A stretch of DNA of 64,000 bases, from positions 19,096,001-19,160,000 of the forward strand of contig CM022672.1 of the NCBI GenBank assembly GCA_012295275.1. The letters run 5' to 3'. Every line of letters starts with the position of its first letter. The stretch's first letter is position 1. The translations under genes and the position numbers were made by a program. The notes under the pieces are model-generated. The model was given only the letters and a program-made list of their open reading frames with translations. It had not been told where the DNA came from and did no database searches. Positions 60,600 through 64,000 of this stretch are shown one piece after another. Source of the stretch: Chrysomallon squamiferum. Lineage: Eukaryota; Animalia; Mollusca.

Positions 60600-63211
60600 A
60601 GAATTTGTACATACATGTATATATTTAAAAGCAAATATACAATTTCAAAAAGTGTACATATGTAAGTCGATAAAAATTCAACAAAATTTAAAACAACTGA
60701 TATATACATGAATTGATAAAAGGAGTTATTTCTAAAAAGTGTTCATTAGTCAGACATAAAACCGTTTCAATATAAAACTGGCAAGCATTATTGCATACAT
60801 TACAGAATTTTTTTTAAAATAAAGCAGAACTTAAACAAACTAATAATTAGTTTTAATTTTTGTTATTTCACTTTATAATTTCAAACAATGTTTTATAAAA
60901 TAATAAAAAATTGTTAGTTTTGTTATTGCATTTTGATTTTAGCAAACCCTGATAAGTAATTTGTTTATTATTTTTTGATAAATTAAAGATTCATGTTCAG
61001 TATCCTTAGATAAATAATAAACGTAAGACAATACAAGAAAATGTTTCCGATTTAACTAAAACATTCACATATACAAAAATGTGTAGACACATTCTCTTTT
61101 TCTCATATCCTCCTTCTATCTCTCAATCTCTCTCACATACACACACACACACACATGCAAATGCACAATAATATATGTATTAAACATAAAATTTTTATCA
61201 AGGTTTTTCATTCTGTTCATGTGTGCTTTCTGCATATCTGTGTGTATGTTTCCAAAAACATTATTTAAAAAAATCATCAATATGTTTCTTAAGCAGGTAT
61301 ACAGTTGGAATTATTTGCAACATTTTGCAGATTTAATTTATCTTCTATTTACACTTTCCCTTTCAAAAAAAAGAAGCAAATAACTGTAATAGCCTTCCCT
61401 ACACCAGTTGTGGAGAACGAAAAGTAACTTCATGGGCTCAGTGAAGAAAAGAGACCAAGTGAATAATGTCTCTGGTGAAAGAATATATATTTTCAGATAT
61501 TCAGAATATTCATTTTCAAAAAGAAATGAGACTATCTGACAAAGTCATTAATGTGTAAGATAATAATATCCCATGTATACTTCTTAGTTCAGCCAAAATA
61601 TTACATACACATACATCTGCAAAAAGCAGTCATATTCAGCCAAAATATTACATCCAAATACATCTGAAAAAAGCAGTCATACTCAGCCAAAATATTACAT
61701 CCAAACACATCTGGAAAAAGCAGTCATATTTCCTAGTTCAGTCAAAATATTACACACAAATACATCTGATAAAAGCAGTCATACTCAGCCAAAATATTAC
61801 ATTCAAATACATGTGCAAAAAGCACATTAACAAACATCATACAAAGTAATAGAAGTAGAAAATTGAAAAATTCAACAAACAAAACACACTGTGGTATGTT
61901 TGCTGCCATCATCCACATTTCAAATTGCAATATTTTGAATTGTATTCAAAAGAATTGTAAAAATTGTGTATTGTTTGTAAACATCAGAACACATTCTTTG
62001 TTTGATAATCCAAAATTAATGACAACAATGCCACAAAAGAAGAAATCAAATTCTGTACAAACAAAAGGCAAAGGTTTCTGTGTCTCAATTACTTAATTTA
62101 TACATCAAGTGATCCATTACTAATATTTTACCAGATTCACAGAAGTGAAATGAAATGAGACAAGAAATGATAGGCTTCAATTCCACTTTCTATGACAAAT
62201 CATACAAATATCCTACAGTAGAACTACATATAAAAAATAATAATAATTAAAAAAAAAAAAATGTGTAAAGTATTTAAAATATAATCATACAAAATAGAAA
62301 AGTATATTTGTTTGATTACTTCTCTATTTGTAAAACACATTAAATATATTCTTGTATCAGAATAAAGGTTTTTAAAAAAGTTAGAAAACCAAACCACGTA
62401 AATAACACAAAATATGGCTTTAACAATAACAATTACTACCCTAAAAACCAAGGTAACATAAAAAAAACAAAAAATGTTCAACACTTTTCAAAAGGTTTCA
62501 CAGATTTACAAAAAAAAAAATGTAAATCTGAGATTACTAAATATAAAACTGAGTTTACAAAATGCAAATCCAAGATTACAAAATGTTTCATGCTAGAAAA
62601 GATAAATATAATAAATAAGAATACTGCAATGTGCAAAATCTTGATAAACTTGTTAAAGTGTGCATATGTTGGTGATTTCTCTAAGATATCACTCACTTCA
62701 TCTGTTCAACAAAGTATAAATTACTGGCATTGTTACCAGATTTCTTTTCTATTGATTTTTTTTTTAACCCCTATATACAAATTTAATGAGTAAATGACTG
62801 AAAAGAAAAAATGGCAGCTATAGTTTTTTCAGATTGTAACAAATATTTTTCTAAAATGTCTTAATGACCTCTCATAACCAGAGATATTGTTTGAATCTGT
62901 AGGTGTTAGTTACTCATTTTCCATATTTTTTAAAACCTTTTTAAAAATCATTTTAAATATGGAAATGTCTTAACAATTTTTCTTCACATCATCACTGGTA
63001 TTTTAATTGTTTAAACATGTATGTGTTAGTAATCCACTCTCATTACATCAACACACATTCACATAAAGAAACATGATTAAATTAGTAACACTGTATTAAA
63101 TAAAACGTCTGGTTTTGATTTTCGAATGTCCTTTTTTCCCCCAAGAATGTAGAAACAAGATGTTCTTCTTGATTGTAGAGTAACATTCTTCAGTAAATAT
63201 CACATAAGTTC
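60600..63211 (-). other. Probable long 3' UTR of CK1 alpha (distal end uncertain)
   Basis: About 2.6 kb of largely microsatellite-poor, U-rich (minus strand), CpG-poor sequence following the putative stop; polyA site not identified. Confidence 0.45.
61585..61822. repeat. About 47-bp tandem repeat (5 copies) in the putative CK1a 3' UTR
   Basis: CAGCCAAAATATTACA..CAAATACATCTG.AAAAGCAGTCATA recurs at about 61590, 61637, 61684, 61739 and 61786. Confidence 0.9.
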
Positions 63212-63219
63212 TCATCTGC
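63212..63219 (-). CDS. CSNK1A1: Probable terminal coding piece of CK1 alpha (..G-R-stop)
   Basis: Strong polypyrimidine acceptor ttttgtttttgttttccAG at 63221-63220 followed by GC AGA TGA; phase-compatible with the upstream donor, giving ...ATAGR*. Confidence 0.65.
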
Positions 63220-63278
63220 CTGGAAAACAAAAACAAAAACAAAAATTAAATAGAAGTAAAATAAAATAATGGAGGATA

Positions 63279-63779
63279 TATTTAATTTCTGTACTGAAGA
63301 GAATAAAATAATATCCTGTTTGAAGAGAACAAAAAAAATAATATAATAATACACCCCTAAAGGATAGGCAAGAGGTTAATGTTATTTTCTTTATTTGATA
63401 AGATATTTTACAATTTAAAAATATACCTGTTTGAAGAACAGAATAAAATAATATCCTGTACGAAGAGAACAAAAAAAAAAAAATAATAATACACCCCTAA
63501 AGGATAGGCAAGAGGTTAATGTTATTTTCTTTATTTGATAAGATATTTTACAGTGTTATTTAAAGTGTGTGGGTTTATATACCTGCAGTGGCTATTTAAT
63601 TTCTATACTGAACAGAATAAAATAATATCCTGTTTGAAGAGAACAAAACAAAAAAAAAAAAAAAATAATAATAATACACCCCTAAAGGACAGGCAAGAGC
63701 TTAATGTTATTTTTTTTATTTGATAAGATATTTTACAGTGTTATTTAAAGTGTGTGGGTTTATATACCTGCAGTGGCTA
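63279..63779. repeat. Three-copy 150-185-bp tandem repeat filling the last CK1a intron
   Basis: gaataaaataatatcctgt..gaagagaac..acacccctaaagga.aggcaagag.ttaatgttat..tttgataagatattttaca repeated three times. Confidence 0.93.
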
Positions 63780-63978
63780 GGGCATGAGAGCCAGCCATCG
63801 CAGAACCGGCAGTGGCTTTCTGTTTGAGTGTTGTCCAGTCGAACACATAGTCATACTGATGATTGAGTGTACGAAACAGAATTCTAAACAGCTGTCTCAG
63901 ATACATGTAATCTGGAGCTTCTTCAAAACGCAGACCTCGGCAGTAGTTTAAATACATGTTGAACTCTGCAGGGAAACC
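63768..63978 (-). CDS. CSNK1A1: Casein kinase 1 alpha, internal exon encoding end of kinase domain and tail (gene continues beyond window end)
   Basis: [55 protein letters not shown] is near-identical to the CK1-alpha C-terminal kinase region. Acceptor (ct)n-ccccAG at 63980-63979; donor CAG|GTATAT at 63767. Confidence 0.96.
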
Positions 63979-64000
63979 CTGGGGAGAGAGAGAGAGAGGG

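Overview
AT-rich, microsatellite-saturated animal genomic DNA, most plausibly from a lophotrochozoan invertebrate (inferred from repeat content, not proven). Two protein-coding genes are supportable, both on the minus strand. (1) A complete two-exon Msx homeobox gene: exon 1 CDS 42237-41568, a 17.3-kb phase-1 intron, exon 2 CDS 24248-23830, about 362 aa with two eh1-like motifs. (2) The 3' end of a casein kinase 1 alpha gene: exon 63978-63768 plus a probable 8-nt terminal coding piece at 63219-63212. The rest is non-coding: simple repeats, minisatellites, a decayed RTE-type LINE 3' fragment, and about 20 CpG-retaining unique-sequence islands around Msx that look like cis-regulatory modules. 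Nearly all other ORFs in the track are microsatellite artefacts. I found no convincing novel protein system. The most interesting leads are regulatory or splicing-related: a paired 4-nt-shifted splice junction in Msx that yields the same protein, uORFs over the Msx start, a duplicated splice donor making a candidate 9-nt CK1a microexon, convergent CTCF-like motifs bracketing Msx, and an orphan promoter-like island.
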